The notes under the pieces were generated by a model. The model had not been told where the DNA came from. It was given only the letters and a program-made list of their open reading frames with translations, and did not search any database. From Macrostomum hystrix (taxonomy: Eukaryota > Animalia > Platyhelminthes), in contig CATNEN010000025.1 in the NCBI GenBank assembly GCA_950097015.1, positions 1,984,001-2,048,000 on the forward strand: 64,000 bases of DNA, in the 5' to 3' direction. Each line of letters begins with the position of its first letter. Position 1 is the first letter of the stretch. Below are positions 10,608 to 23,541 of this stretch, in pieces. The position numbers were made by a program, and so were the translations under genes.

Positions 10608-13600
10608 TCAGGCCAGTTCTCGATTCTCGACGCAGCGAGAAGCGGCCACAAGCCAGGCAGCTGGGCGCTCCCGCCTTGCTAGCAGATCGGCCAACTGAGG
10701 AGAGGCAGGGTTCAGTAGTTTGGGATTCGGGTTCTGCAGTTCGGGATTCGGGTTTGGCAGTTCGGGATTCGGGTTTGGCAGTTCGGGATTCGGGTTTTGC
10801 AGTTCAGGATTCAGGTTTGGCAGTTTGGGATTCGGGTTTTGCAGTTCGGGATTCGGGTTTGGCAGTTCGGGATTCGGGTTTTGCAGTTCAGGATTCAGGT
10901 TTGGCAGTTTGGGATTCGGGTTTTGCAGTTCGGGATTCGGGTTTGGCAGTTCTAGATTCGGTTTCGCAGTTTGGGATTCGGGTTTGGCAGTTCGGGATTC
11001 GGGTTTTGCAGTTCAGGATTCAGGTTTGGCAGTTTGGGATTCGGGTTTGGCAGTTCTAGATTCGGTTTTGCAGTTTGGGATTCGGGTTTGGCAGTTTAGG
11101 AATCGGGCTTGACAGTTTGGGATTCGGGTTTGGCAGTTTGGGATTCGGGTTTGGCAGTTCTAGATTCGGGTTTTGCAGTTCGGGATTCGGGTTTTGCAGT
11201 TCGGGATTCGGGTTTGGCAGTTCGGGATTCGGGTTTTGCAGTTCAGGATTCAGGTTTGGCAGTTTGGGATTCGGGTTTTGCAGTTCGGGATTCGGGTTTG
11301 GCAGTTCTAGATTCGGTTTTGCAGTTCGGGATTCGGGTTTGGCAGTTCGGGATTCGGGTTTTGCAGTTCAGGATTCAGGTTTGGCAGTTTGGGATTCGGG
11401 TTTTGCAGTTCGGGATTCGGGTTTGGCAGTTCTAGATTCGGTTTTGCAGTTTGGGATTCGGGTTTGGCAGTTTGGGAATCGGGCTTGACAGTTTGGGATT
11501 CGGGTTTGGCAGTTTGGGATTCGGGTTTGGCAGTTCTAGATTCGGGTTTTGCAGTTCGGGATTCGGGTTTGGCAGTTCTAGATTCGTGTTTGGCAGTTCG
11601 GGATTCGGGTTTTGCAGTTCAGGATTCAGGTTTGGCAGTTTGGGATTCGGGTTTTGCATTTCGGGTTTCGGGTTTGGCAGTTCGGGATTCGGGTTTTGCA
11701 GTTCAGGATTCAGGTTTGGCAGTTTGGGATTCGGGTTTGGCAGTTCGGGATTCGGGTTTTGCAGTTCAGGATTCAGGTTTGGCAGTTTGGGATTCGGGTT
11801 TTGCAGTTCGGGATTCGGGTTTGGCAGTTCTAGATTCGGTTTTGCAGTTTGGGATTCGGGTTTGGCAGTTTGGGAATCGGGCTTGACAGTTTGGGATTCG
11901 GGTTTGGCAGTTCTAGATTCGGGTTTGGCAGTTCGGGATTCGGGTTTTGCAGTTCGGGATTCGGGTTCGGCAGTTCTAGATTCGGGTTTGGCAGTTCGGG
12001 ATTCGGGTTTGGCAGTTTGGGAATCGGGCTTGACAGTTTGGGATTCGGGTTGGTGTGCAGAATCAGATAAGTAAACAGAATTGCCTACAGCCAGCTCACC
12101 TGGCCGGATCTGACCACTATGCCGTGGGCGGACAGCAGCTTGGCCTTGGTGGCGGCGATGCCTTGCGGCATGACGCCGCAGCAGGCGTCCTCGAGCAGGG
12201 CGGTGCGGAAGCCCAGCTCCTGCGCGTGGGCAGCCGTGGAGCCCACGCAGACGTCTGTAGCCAGGCCGCACACCACCAGGTCGCAAACGCCCAATTTGCT
12301 CAACCGCTCATGCAGATCAGTTTTTTTGAGCTTATTGTTATCCCAGAAGGCTGAGTAGCTGTCTATGTCCGGATCAGTGCCTTTGTACACCTTCATGTGA
12401 TTGCTCGCCACCTGTTTAACAGTAGAAAGAGCACGATATTTTCAGCCCTATAGAAATACTAACGGGGTGTTTCAAATACCCAATGCCTACTTCACGATAA
12501 CTCCCAAACCGAATGACCAATTTTCGTGAAAGTCCACCATGTGGATCAAAATGTTCCACACTTAACGATGACAAAGTTTTTCAGAGCCATCCGAATTTTG
12601 TGAAATTTTTTGAGCATAAAAAGGTGCCAATATATGTGGTTCTTGCCACCAGAAACTAGAACCCCGTGGTGAATGGTTGGGTTGTGATTTTTTAATGAGA
12701 ACTGAGTACTTTAATGCGAATCTCATCACGCTAGTTACTCACCTTAAGATCCGGATGCAGTTCTGAGCCGTGCGAGTTCTGCACGCAGTGTCGCGGCCAC
12801 ATTATCTGCTCAATCGGGCCGTAAGAACTAGTCTCAAGCACAACTGTATCGTTCAGGCCAACCTTGCTGGCGTCCTTGATCTTGCGATCGTATTAAATGT
12901 ATTAAATGTAATGATTGAATATGGCAACATTCAACACAGCCTGACCCAGTACACAGCCTGACCCAGTACACAACCTGACCCAGTACACAGCCTGACCCAG
13001 TACACAACCTGACCCAGTACACAGCCTGACCCAGTATACAGCCTGACATATTATACAGCCTGACCCAGTACACAGCCTGACCGATTATACAGCCTGACCC
13101 ATTATACAGCCTGACCCAGTACACAACCTGACTCAGTACACAGCCTGACCCAGTACACAACCTGACAATTTTACAGCCTGACCCAATACAGCCAAATTTG
13201 GCCCTTTTTATCAGCTAAATCGGCAGCTAAAAGTGCCAGCAAAGCTCACTTTGGACTTGTCACTCAAACGACGCTTGGCCAAGTTGTCCAAGAAGGAGAT
13301 GTGATCAGTTGGATGCCAGTCGAAAGAATAAACAATGGTTTTAAATTCACCGGCATGCTTCGCGATGACATCATTGATGACTGGAACAACATCGGCGCCG
13401 TCCTCCTTGGCCGGGTAGGCCTTCAAAGCCAGGCTACCCGTTATAAAATCATTTTGCACGTCAACTATAACCATAGCAACCTGGCCAAAGAAGATGGTAT
13501 CCAACCATGGCTGGCCACGGGCTGACATGTCAGACAGGGACACAAGACTGTCCTGGATTATTAGATTATTAAGATTAATTGATTAAATGATTTTGTTTGA

Positions 13601-14395
13601 ATAAATTCCATCTGTCTATTACATGTGCATTCTTTCTATAATCAGTAATCCTGTTAATATTTTTTTATAATCATAGGGCCTAATGTTCTGGTTATTCCTT
13701 TTTTCTAATTATTCCATTTCTGTTAATAATTTATCTAATAATTGTTCCCCTCAATCAGTTCTCTAATCATTCTGTTCCCATTGATTATTTATCTAATCAT
13801 TTATGTTCCTGATAATAATTTATCTAATTGTCATATTCCTGTTTGTCCTTGCTTTAAGTGTTGTGTTGCCTGTAACTCCAGTGCTCTCATGAGCAATTTC
13901 TACACTCTTCTCATTGCAATTGACAAGCTTGTCCATTGGTTAACTTATAAGTTTTCTTTCATTGCTTTCTCTTAGCAAAATCTCAAATATCTTGAACACT
14001 AGAAGTTATTATTTTATTTTCAGTTACTTCTACTTTTACCTAAATATAAGTTTGAACTCACCTTATCTTTGTCCAAAAAATGAAAAATGTCTTCTAAATC
14101 AGCTTCACTCAGTGTGCCACTAGTAGCAATAGACTCAACAAGAGCTTTCACTTCTGTTTTGTCAAGTGCATTATCTCTAAAAAATGAAGTTGAATTTTAT
14201 GGCTACTGAGAATCACTTTATCACCATGCATTTTACTTTAGAATTTCCATTGAAATACGTCTAAAAATAACTTTTAAACATTTCAGATAAAACTTACTTG
14301 TTTTCATCAAATGTGTGGAAGACATTCTCAACATCTGCTTTGGAAAAACTTTTGCCTTGAAACTGGCTAAAAAACATGCTATTCTTTTCAGACAT
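10608..14395 (-). CDS. Naam: Nicotinamidase with two N-terminal EF-hands (about 350 aa)
   Basis: Exons 14395-14298, 14176-14062, 13552-13250, 12880-12743, 12411-12100, 10694-10608. EF loops DENKDNALDKTE and DKDKDSLVSLSD. Isochorismatase-fold motifs VDVQNDF, DWHPTDH, WPRHCVQ, KGTDPDIDSYSAF, GLATDVCV (Asp-Lys-Cys triad). Confidence 0.93.
10715..12052. repeat. 21-bp minisatellite (GCAGTTCGGGATTCGGGTTTG)
   Basis: Fills the last nicotinamidase intron. Confidence 0.95.
12941..13190. repeat. 17-bp minisatellite (ACCCAGTACACAGCCTG)
   Basis: About 14 copies in intron 12881-13249. Confidence 0.93.
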
Positions 14396-16738
14396 ATTGA
14401 GCTGAAAGGGCAAATATATAAAACTGTAATTGATTGAAATGCTAAATATATTTGGTCATTATAAAATTTTTATATACACACATTTTTTAATTACTAAACT
14501 TTGGTGCATACAAAGATAAATAAGGTAGCTATCAAATATAAATTATATAGCTAGCTATGAATATAATATTGCAATTGTGGTACAATTGGAAAGCAAATTG
14601 TGGATTTGAAGTTTTTAAGTGATACTATCAAGTATCAGTATTCAAGTATATGCCTTGCTATATAAGAAAAAGTGAGATTTTGTTCCATCATCAATTTGAA
14701 GTGTCCTCTACATAGATTAGGCCAGATATACTATAATATGTGTACTATTTATAGATACTAAACTATGTATGGGTGCACTATGCATAGATACTAAACTTTC
14801 TTTGCACGTTAAACTGTGTGTTAGGGGCCTATTCTGCATGTTAAACTACATTGAAATGCACTTGCATCTCAAATCTCAAACTGCCAACTAAACTGATTAG
14901 CTAGATACAACATTTTTCCCATTTAAACCACAAATATAGTATCTGAAGATATACCACAAAATTTTGGTTTTGTAAATCAAAGCAAATTAAAAGGCAATGA
15001 CAATTAAAAACCCTACAAAACACAAATCTAAAAACAAAAACTGGGATCAGTACTAATATTTTTTCTGTTTACAAATAACAAATAACAATAGCCACATACA
15101 GTTTTCTTTAAGATTCTACTCTGAATGTATCAATATAGTGCAAGGACCGTAGGACGATACAGTACACTTCAACACTTCTTACTGTTGTCGTAGGGCCCTT
15201 TCTTATTATGTTTGGGTTCCCCGACAGACATTTTTAAGCGAATTTTTTTTCGCTTTCTTTTTTTAATTTTTTTAATTTTTATTTTATTTCATTTTCATTT
15301 CATTACATTTTTTTCATTTCATGTAATGAAATAATTAATATATTTGAAATTGTTATTAAAGTCAAAATAGTTATTGTGCACTATTATTACAACTAAATTA
15401 TGCTAAATCGGCTTATATAACCGGTATTTTCGTACGGATGTTTTGTATTAATTATGTTCCTAGTATTTGTTTAAACTACGCTTGACAAGTTAAACAGCCG
15501 GGTCGTTCTCAAAACTTCGGTCAGGTATGAATTAACAAATGCCAGTGATTTAAAAGAGTGGAGCTGTTAAAATCTATGTCTGGAGAAGGAAACTTAATGC
15601 AATATTTTTTATTTTATTCAACTTTTCCAGTTTTGAGAATGCTTAAATCTTTAAATAATAATTCTAGTGTCAATTTAAAGTTATCGCGCTAGCTCACAAC
15701 GATTACACTAAAGATGAAGCCAAGTGTAAATATATTTGAAATAAAATAGTTTCATATTATAATACTTATATAAAAACAAAAGAGTGGAGACAAAAACTCT
15801 AGCTCCCACATCTAAGTTTCTTGTTTACTATCCAAACGGGCTGATTTGGACAGGGAAATTTTTTCTTCATTTTTTTACTTTTTAAGCTGCTAACAGTGCT
15901 AAATAATAAAAACTGTAAAAAATTGCCCTGACTGACCAAAACACGAAATCAAACATTTCTTTTTTTTCCAAATATATAGAAAAGTATTTTTTTGTAGCTT
16001 TGAATTCATATCTCTTATCAAAAAATACTTTTTTTGATTTTTCTTTTTAAAATGTCTTTTTTTGAAGCACAGTTTTTTTTCTATAAGTCTAACATAACTT
16101 GATTTATTGTTTTTTATTTAAGCTGAAACCTCCATTGGTAGTTTTATATAATTCAAGCTTTGAAAAATTGTACAATATGTTATATACATCTGAACCAGTT
16201 TTGCATGCACTGCAGATTTTCCAGATTTTATCTTTTTTTAATGTTTTTTTTCTATAAGTTTTACATAACATAGGCCATGGTCAATAATATAAGCTCAAAC
16301 TTGACCAGCATATTCCCTACATCTCAAGCTTTGAAAAGAGGTATAGATTAGCTTGTATATTGCATACTAGTTTTGCAGGTACTCCAAATATTAGTTTTTA
16401 CTATGCTTTTCAATGTTGTTGTGGTACATGACTTCAGTCGCAATTAATTAGTTAGGCTGAAACGTGAAATCCATATTTTATATGTATAAAGCTTCGAAAT
16501 GTGTAACTATATAAAGTATAAACCTTTCGTAGTATGTACTTTTCAATTTTTGATTCACTCGAACGCAGTCGCCCAATCATTTTTGTGTTAAAAATAGTTA
16601 ATTATATTGTTATACATTTAAATAAGTTTTGCAAATGCTACAAATAAGAGAACAACAGACTTACATAGACTACTATATACTATTTCATTATTAATAAAAC
16701 CATTTTTATTAACAATAATTTGTGTTTTACTTCAGCCA

Positions 16739-18068
16739 ATGGTCTACAACAAAGCAAAGAAAAGGGCTTCTAATAGACAATATGTAAATAAGAAGATGGC
16801 AGATGATGCTGAAAGCTATCAGAATTATAAAAGGAGAAAGGCTAAGGAATATTATTGGAAAAGAGCTGCAGTCCGTGTTGGAGCCTGTGTTGAAGCACAA
16901 GCTGAGTTTTGTGCTGAAGCTCAAGTTGAAGCTTGTGCTGAATCACCGAATGGAGTTTGTGTTGAAGCACAAGCTGAAGCACGGGCTAATGAAAGAAAGG
17001 ATAGAAAAGGCCTGGTTCGGACTCTAGCTGCTGTGAGGAGAGAATCTGCAAAGAAAGATAAGCGTCATCTCCGTATATTGGCGGATCTAAACACCCTGAA
17101 AACACAGTATAAGACCTTAAAGTCTAAGTATCGCCTGCTGCAGCAAAAGATCAGGCGAAGCAGCTTATCTAATAGACCCAAAACTTCCGATTCCTCTATC
17201 CAGTCAGCAGTTGATGACGAAGCCACCACTCATATCGTCCAAACTATAATTGCCCTAAAGCGAAAGCCTGAGATACAACTTCTCGTGCGCGATATGGTTG
17301 AGACAGCTGGAAACCCCGGCAGCGACGATGAAAGTGCTAAGATGCACGCCTAAGGTTCTTAAGGCAAAGCCACCATGTCAAGACAATCTCAAGCGCAACG
17401 CGGTCATTGGCTTTTTTTGTGATGACGGCAACACACGCTCAACTGCTGGGAAGAAGGAGACTGTAGGGCGAGGCAACCGGAAGAAGCAGAAAAGGATCCT
17501 GCTCTACAGCATGGAGGTTCTTCTGTGGAAGTTCAGAGCAGAAAATCCATCCATTTCCCTAAGCCGTGCCACATTTTACCGTCACCGACCAGCATATGCA
17601 GTGCATCCAACTCTATCCGACCGGCAGCAGTGTCTGTGCTCGAAGTGCGAAAACCTCGACCTTCTAGTCGAGGGTCTCCATTCCGTGAGACTTGTCAGAG
17701 CTAACGACAAGCACGCTCTGCTGCTGGAAATTGTTTGCTCAGTTGGTTCAGCCGCCTGTCTCAGTAATTTGTGCCAGATTTGCCATGAAAAACCCGCGAT
17801 ACTCAGCCAAAACATTGTTGGTATTTCACATGTCACTTATAGCAAATGGGAGCCAAAGGAGGACTCAACCGGCATGGAGATCGTCAGCCGAAATGTCACT
17901 TGCGAAGTAGCCATCAATGAGTTACACAAGCAGCTTCGGGATTATGGCTCCCATTTTATGCGGCTGCGCCACCAGTACCGAGCTATTCGGGATCTGCGGT
18001 CTAGTCTAGGCGAGAATCATTTGGCACTTCATATTGACTTCAGTGAAGCTTATGGAGCTCCGTGTTGA
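16739..18068 (+). mobile_element. Truncated, frameshifted DNA transposase, Sola2-like
   Basis: Two overlapping ORFs (16739-17353, 17298-18068) with FFCDDGNTRSTAGKKETV, KQKRIL, SRATFYRHRP, CLCSKCENL, CxxSxxCLxxxCxxC, HxxHQY and LHIDFSEAY. The ORF stops just after the first catalytic-like Asp. Family call is from remembered motif patterns; termini not found. Confidence 0.7.
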
Positions 18069-18339
18069 CGACTCTGTGTGTGTTAAACCATGTGTGTGTT
18101 AAACCATACTAGACATAGTATGTATGGGTTTAACTCTGTCTTGTTTGTTGACCTCATGCCAAGGAAGGCATCGTTTTTTCTACATGTTATTAATTCACTA
18201 AAATACATTAAGTAGCCCTATTAATTTAAAAGAACATGTTCTCGGAACAAAGAACATGTTCGGAGTTGCCTATTAGGCGACCGTCGCACATGTTCGATTA
18301 CTGTTTCTTAGACCCTATCTCTGTCAACACGGGTGAGTT

Positions 18340-18540
18340 AAAAGTGACACCAGTTGCAACCGGTTTTCTGACACGCGCGCGCGCATCGGGACTACTAGCC
18401 ACTAAGTTTAGATAAAGTTTAGATAATTTTTTAGATTGGAACCTTAGATTTTAATTTATATAACCCCTAACCCCTTTAACTAATTTTGCTCTAGATTTTA
18501 AGCGCCTGCGTCAGCAAAGCGGCGTTTCTAATTAGTATAA
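18340..18540 (+). mobile_element. Possible Helitron/Helentron-like non-autonomous end
   Basis: Degenerate TAACCCC repeats, then a GC hairpin-like GCGCCTGCG...GCGGCGT and CTAATTAGT. Related ends at about 18930-18975 and 20420-20490 share GACGCATGTCC..CTACACAATGACA. Confidence 0.3.
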
Positions 18541-21470
18541 CAGAGAAGTAGGCCCTATCACTAATTACTAATTACTAATTATATCATATCGCGCGGCAGC
18601 CTTTCAAAACGACTTACAAATTATTTTAAATGGCGACCGCCCACCAATAATTTCATTAATTTCCTTTTTTTTCCTTTTTTCGCTTTAAGCGAAAATTAAA
18701 ACAAAAAACACGAACTCTCGAGCCAGAGTGTAGTCCGTCTCTGACGCCGAACTATGCTTTAAAAATGTACGGCATGAAAAGTTTCGCTAATGATTTGATA
18801 CTGAAGAAACTTTTAATTAAAGTGTGTTCTGGCGGCCTTTTTGGATGCCTCTTTATGATCCTATTTCTGCCTGACCCAAAGGTATGGATCAATTATTTCA
18901 CCAGATACTGCTGCTAGCTACAACTGATTGACGCATGTCCATGCTACACAATGACACCTCAGACACACTAATTAGTCAAGTACTTTTTCAGATATTCTCA
19001 TTTAAAGTGTGCTTTCTCTGCTTCTTTGCGGCTTTCCCCTGGACATGAAAAAATGGACAAATCATGCATGATCTATGGCAAAAAACATGCGTGTTTCATG
19101 ACTCATGTATGATGTATGCATGTTTTTTGAAAACACATGCATAAAGGAATCCATGTAATTTCTCCACATCATATGCATGTATGACCCATGTATTCCCTTT
19201 TCACATGCATATGGCTTATCATTGGTGCTTTGGTACGGTTTATACATTTTCTCCGCGCAGCCTAGCCTGTACGTAGTATAGACGCCAGCGTCTTCTTTTC
19301 GATGAACGTTTCAGCTAGTTCTATACTTAAGCAGTCTTTAAGATGATAATCACAAAATAACAAAGAAATGTTACACTTCGCTCGTCTGAATGACATTTTG
19401 GATTACACAATTGACGTAACAGCTCTGTGGCCGGGATTTAAATCTTCCTTCAAATTTTATTTAGACGTGTATTTTCAAATACGTGTATTTTCAAATACGT
19501 GTATTTTCAAATACGTGTATTTTCAGAGATCGAGAGCGCCAATCAGAGAAAACCAAGCTTATCAGTACTATCAGCTTGCTTTGACAATTCTTGCACAGAA
19601 ATATTTTTCCTAATTAGAACAAAAATAGAAAAATAGTCGTGCAATGTTTAAATTCCTTAGCAACAAATGGCGAATGGCCGGGATTCATTATTCAGTTAGG
19701 ACCAATGAAGAAATAACTATAGTGACTATAAAATTTCTAAAACTACAATTTTATACTGCTATACTTCTATACTACATTTCTACTAATATTTTATACTTCT
19801 ATACTACAAATAGCATACTGGACAACTGGACTTTATGCAACTGGATTTGCTTTTACGAATCATGCCTTACGTACGTGTTCGGTCCTGGCTGCTATAGCTC
19901 GTCGTTTGTTCTCCCGGGCCACTTGGTTCAAGCTGTTTTTAATTGTCGCCCAGACGTCCGGTAGTCGCTCAATCGACAACGTGAAGCACTTCCGAAGAAG
20001 CCCTGTGAACAGATGTATAGGGCATAGCGAAATCACATTTACACTAAGAAATATCAAATCGTGTAGCCATCAACAGCTGCCTTGTTCTGTTTCCTGTTCC
20101 ATGACAGTACATGATTGACGATGATGGAAACAATTAACTGCAAATATTTACTCACGTTGTTGCAACTCCTCTACTTGGGAAGCAGGTGCATGATTGCTGC
20201 CTGTCAGTTCGATTGCCACAACGTGAATCGATAATATATCGCGAAAAATATATATATCGCGAAACTCTGATGTCGGATGCGTAGCTTGACGTTCGCCCCA
20301 GTGATTGACACAAATGTCGATCTGAATCAAATAGGTATGACGAGTCATACCATTGACATTAAACAAATGAGTGGTGTGACCGTATGATCCATGTGACATG
20401 AAATTTTATACGTACGTCTTGACGCATGTCCCACTACACAATGACATAACGCAACAATTTATCATAACGCACTGGTTTTATCTAGTATTCTACTAATACG
20501 TACTGATTTGAGATTCCAGCTGTCATAGTCGGGCTACCAATGGACTAGACTTGCCCAATCAATCACGCAAATCCGAATGACTCCTCCTTAATTGCTTTAA
20601 TTCTAATACAGCTTGGCTATGTCTTGATAGGAAGTGTATGAAATAAGTAAGACGCTTTTAACGCGAGTAAGTAAGACTGTTTAAAACGCGAGTGAGCGCG
20701 GAACTCATGTTGTCTTCATCAATTTTATTCTTGTATTTTTACTATAATTTGGGGTGGCGTACCCCACTAAAACACGGAACTCAGTTTAACAAAATGGAAT
20801 AATAATATTTTTTTGCGCAAATTTGTCTTCTAAAATATTCGGTAATTATACAATGCCTCACTTTAAAGTAACATGGATATTAAAGAAACAAATAAGACGT
20901 AACAACCCATATTGACCATTACTGTAGCTATTGTTTAATAATAACATTTGGTAATAGCTATACATATAAATACGCTCGTATAACGAAACTTTAATCTTTA
21001 AAGATGATATTAAATAAACTACTGCATCGCAAAGAAGCTTCAGGAAGATAGCTGGTAAAAAATAGATTGACGAATATATTCATAGATATAGCTCTTATGA
21101 GCAATGGAGCATTACTATTTAAAATACTATTCTATACTACCTGGCTGTTTTGAAGTTTATATTTCTCATTGTTAAAAAATTTAATTGTTTTCAAGCAAGC
21201 ATTCTAAAAATTTAACAGTTAATATTTAGATGCACAAAAAATTATACGTTTTGACATTAGTCTGATGCGTATGCTTCGGTTTACTAAGAAACGGGGCTCC
21301 TTTTGTGTTAAAACTTCAATATAGTTATCGGGAAATGCCCAGCTCGAGGACCACTATAAGTTTCTAGAAGGACCAATCTTTAGATCTAGTGGTCCAGTGT
21401 AGTGTCAGCTTGTTTGTACTTCTATCTCCCCGTGTTATTATTCACTGCTTATTTTGTATTTTTAGACGCG

Positions 21471-22368
21471 TGTTTTTTTAGCTAAAAGTCACCCACGCCA
21501 AGCCGGGCCGGACCAGCCGGGGGAGCGGACGCCCACCACCCCTCGATCGCTACCCCTGGGCTACAATCCCGGCCAATCAGCGAACGACCCGGCCTGACTA
21601 CCTGTCGACCCTCGGCAAGAAGCTACCCCGGGGCTCAGAACGGCGGTCGCGAGTCTACTGTGATTTGTCGCCTTGGCTCAAGCTATACAGCCAGGCATCC
21701 ACCTCGCCGATCGACCTTATTTGGGGATTTGGGGTTAACATGACTCTATAAAAGGAAGCGTGTTTTAGCAGTGACTTTTTATCGTTCTTCGCGATTCGCC
21801 TCACACTTTGAGAAGCACGTGCAAGCTAGTCCACTTTGTTTTGTCTCGCCCCGCCCGACCACGCTCCGCTTGTTCAGTTAGGTAGCTTTCGGCGCTACGC
21901 GTCTCGAGAGTGCGCCGCTGACAAGGGTGGTCTAGATAGGCGCTTGTTGTCGAAGTCAGTACGGGCTCTCTTCGGAGACTCCGCCGTCAGGCAGAAGGAG
22001 TGCCAACCGATAGGATCTGTCGGGGCAGCGCTGAAAGCAGAGACAACCGGAGCCTCTCGGGAAGAGTAGGGCGCAGATTAGGCCAGTTTAAGTAAAAATT
22101 TTATATCCAATTTCCCCGGACCAAATTTTGCTTTTTACTGTGAGCGCGCTATAATTGCTTTCCGTGCGAATATATCCCACATTCTGTCAGTGTAACTTTT
22201 GAATAAAGTTGAGCAAGTAAAACGAGAGTCAAATCAATTCCTATTCTTATCTGGAGTCGGCGAGTCACAAAACAGACTAAATCACTCCCAATCAAATTAT
22301 TCGAGTCTTCGTGTTCATACTGTGTTGTTCTTTTTTTATTGTGAGTTTCGCCGGGCCGGAGGACGACA
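21471..22368 (+). mobile_element. Probable solo LTR
   Basis: TG...CA bounded non-coding segment of about 900 bp with CCAAT (about 21574), TATAAAAG (about 21748) and AATAAA (22203). Flanks CGCG/CGCT are only an imperfect TSD. Confidence 0.4.
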
Positions 22369-23541
22369 CGCTTATATATTCTCATCGCTTATCTATTCCG
22401 CTTCGCTCGCTACCCCAGTCTCTTAACGCAATTTATTTTCAGATTTCCCCTGCTGCTATTGAACCGATTGGTAGAACACCGACACCGGTGAATGGTGAAT
22501 AGTCGCTAGCTTTATATTCCTCACCCTCCAGCTATTATTACTCGTGCCCCTATGCACAGATAGTTTCCCCAAATTCCTCGCAAATCTCAGAATTGCTAAT
22601 AGTCAGTAACCAGGAAATATTTTTTAAGTAAGACTAATGTTTTTATAGTATACATGAGGAGAAGATATGTTAAGGTTGACAATTGACGTGATCTAATTAG
22701 TTATTTATGCTTTATCTATCGTACAGCGATAAAAAATTTCCGAAGACGAGTCTGGTGCTTGAAATTCCTAGCACCGCGGTGTTCTGCAATGCTCCGCCAA
22801 CTACAGGAGTTCTCTTGCTTTCCCAACATTGGTCTACTTAAAAGAAGACACGTTTGTATGCATGTCTGCGTATGCCTGTATCTATACTGCAGTATCTGCG
22901 GAAAATTTATAACATAAATCGCGAGATGCAAATTCTAAGAATCAATGTTCAAAGTCTGCATGGTGGTAACAAAAGAGAATCTTCGAATTAATTAATCGAT
23001 ACCAGATTGTATTTTTATCGCAAAATGTATCGCTCCTAAGTAGATAACCACAAGCATGTATCTCAATGCTGTTTTAGTTATGAATTAAGAATAAGCTTTC
23101 ATAAGGCCTAGTATTTAGCCTGTGAGCATCAGCTAGCTTTAATTCCGTTTTAACACACTCAGTGCAGTGTTTATTCGCTGTAACATATGCATTTTATATG
23201 GAAAAAATTGATTTGAGGCTTATAGTTACAAACAATGTGACGTTTAAAATAGTTGCGTCATCGGCATGCACTAACAGTGTATAAAGAAATGATATTCTTT
23301 AATGAAGAAATAATGCTTGGAGAATAAAAACTCTACTGCGTTGATGTTGGCTGCAAAATACGTAATTGTTAACAAATGATTACATCTGCTGTGTAATACT
23401 AAGTTTCCGCTAGTGCCAGATCTTGTATATCATTATGCCGTGACTCAATCCTAGATGGATCTGCAATTGAGATGGTGTCATAGATATAATGATTATCAGT
23501 AATGACATGTTGCTAAAACAGTTTACTTTTTAAACTGCTAT

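Noticed and set aside
12460-12670. Tc1/mariner-type MITE in a nicotinamidase intron
   Set aside because: Only a 7-nt inverted match (ACGGGGT/ACCCCGT) and no clean TA duplication.
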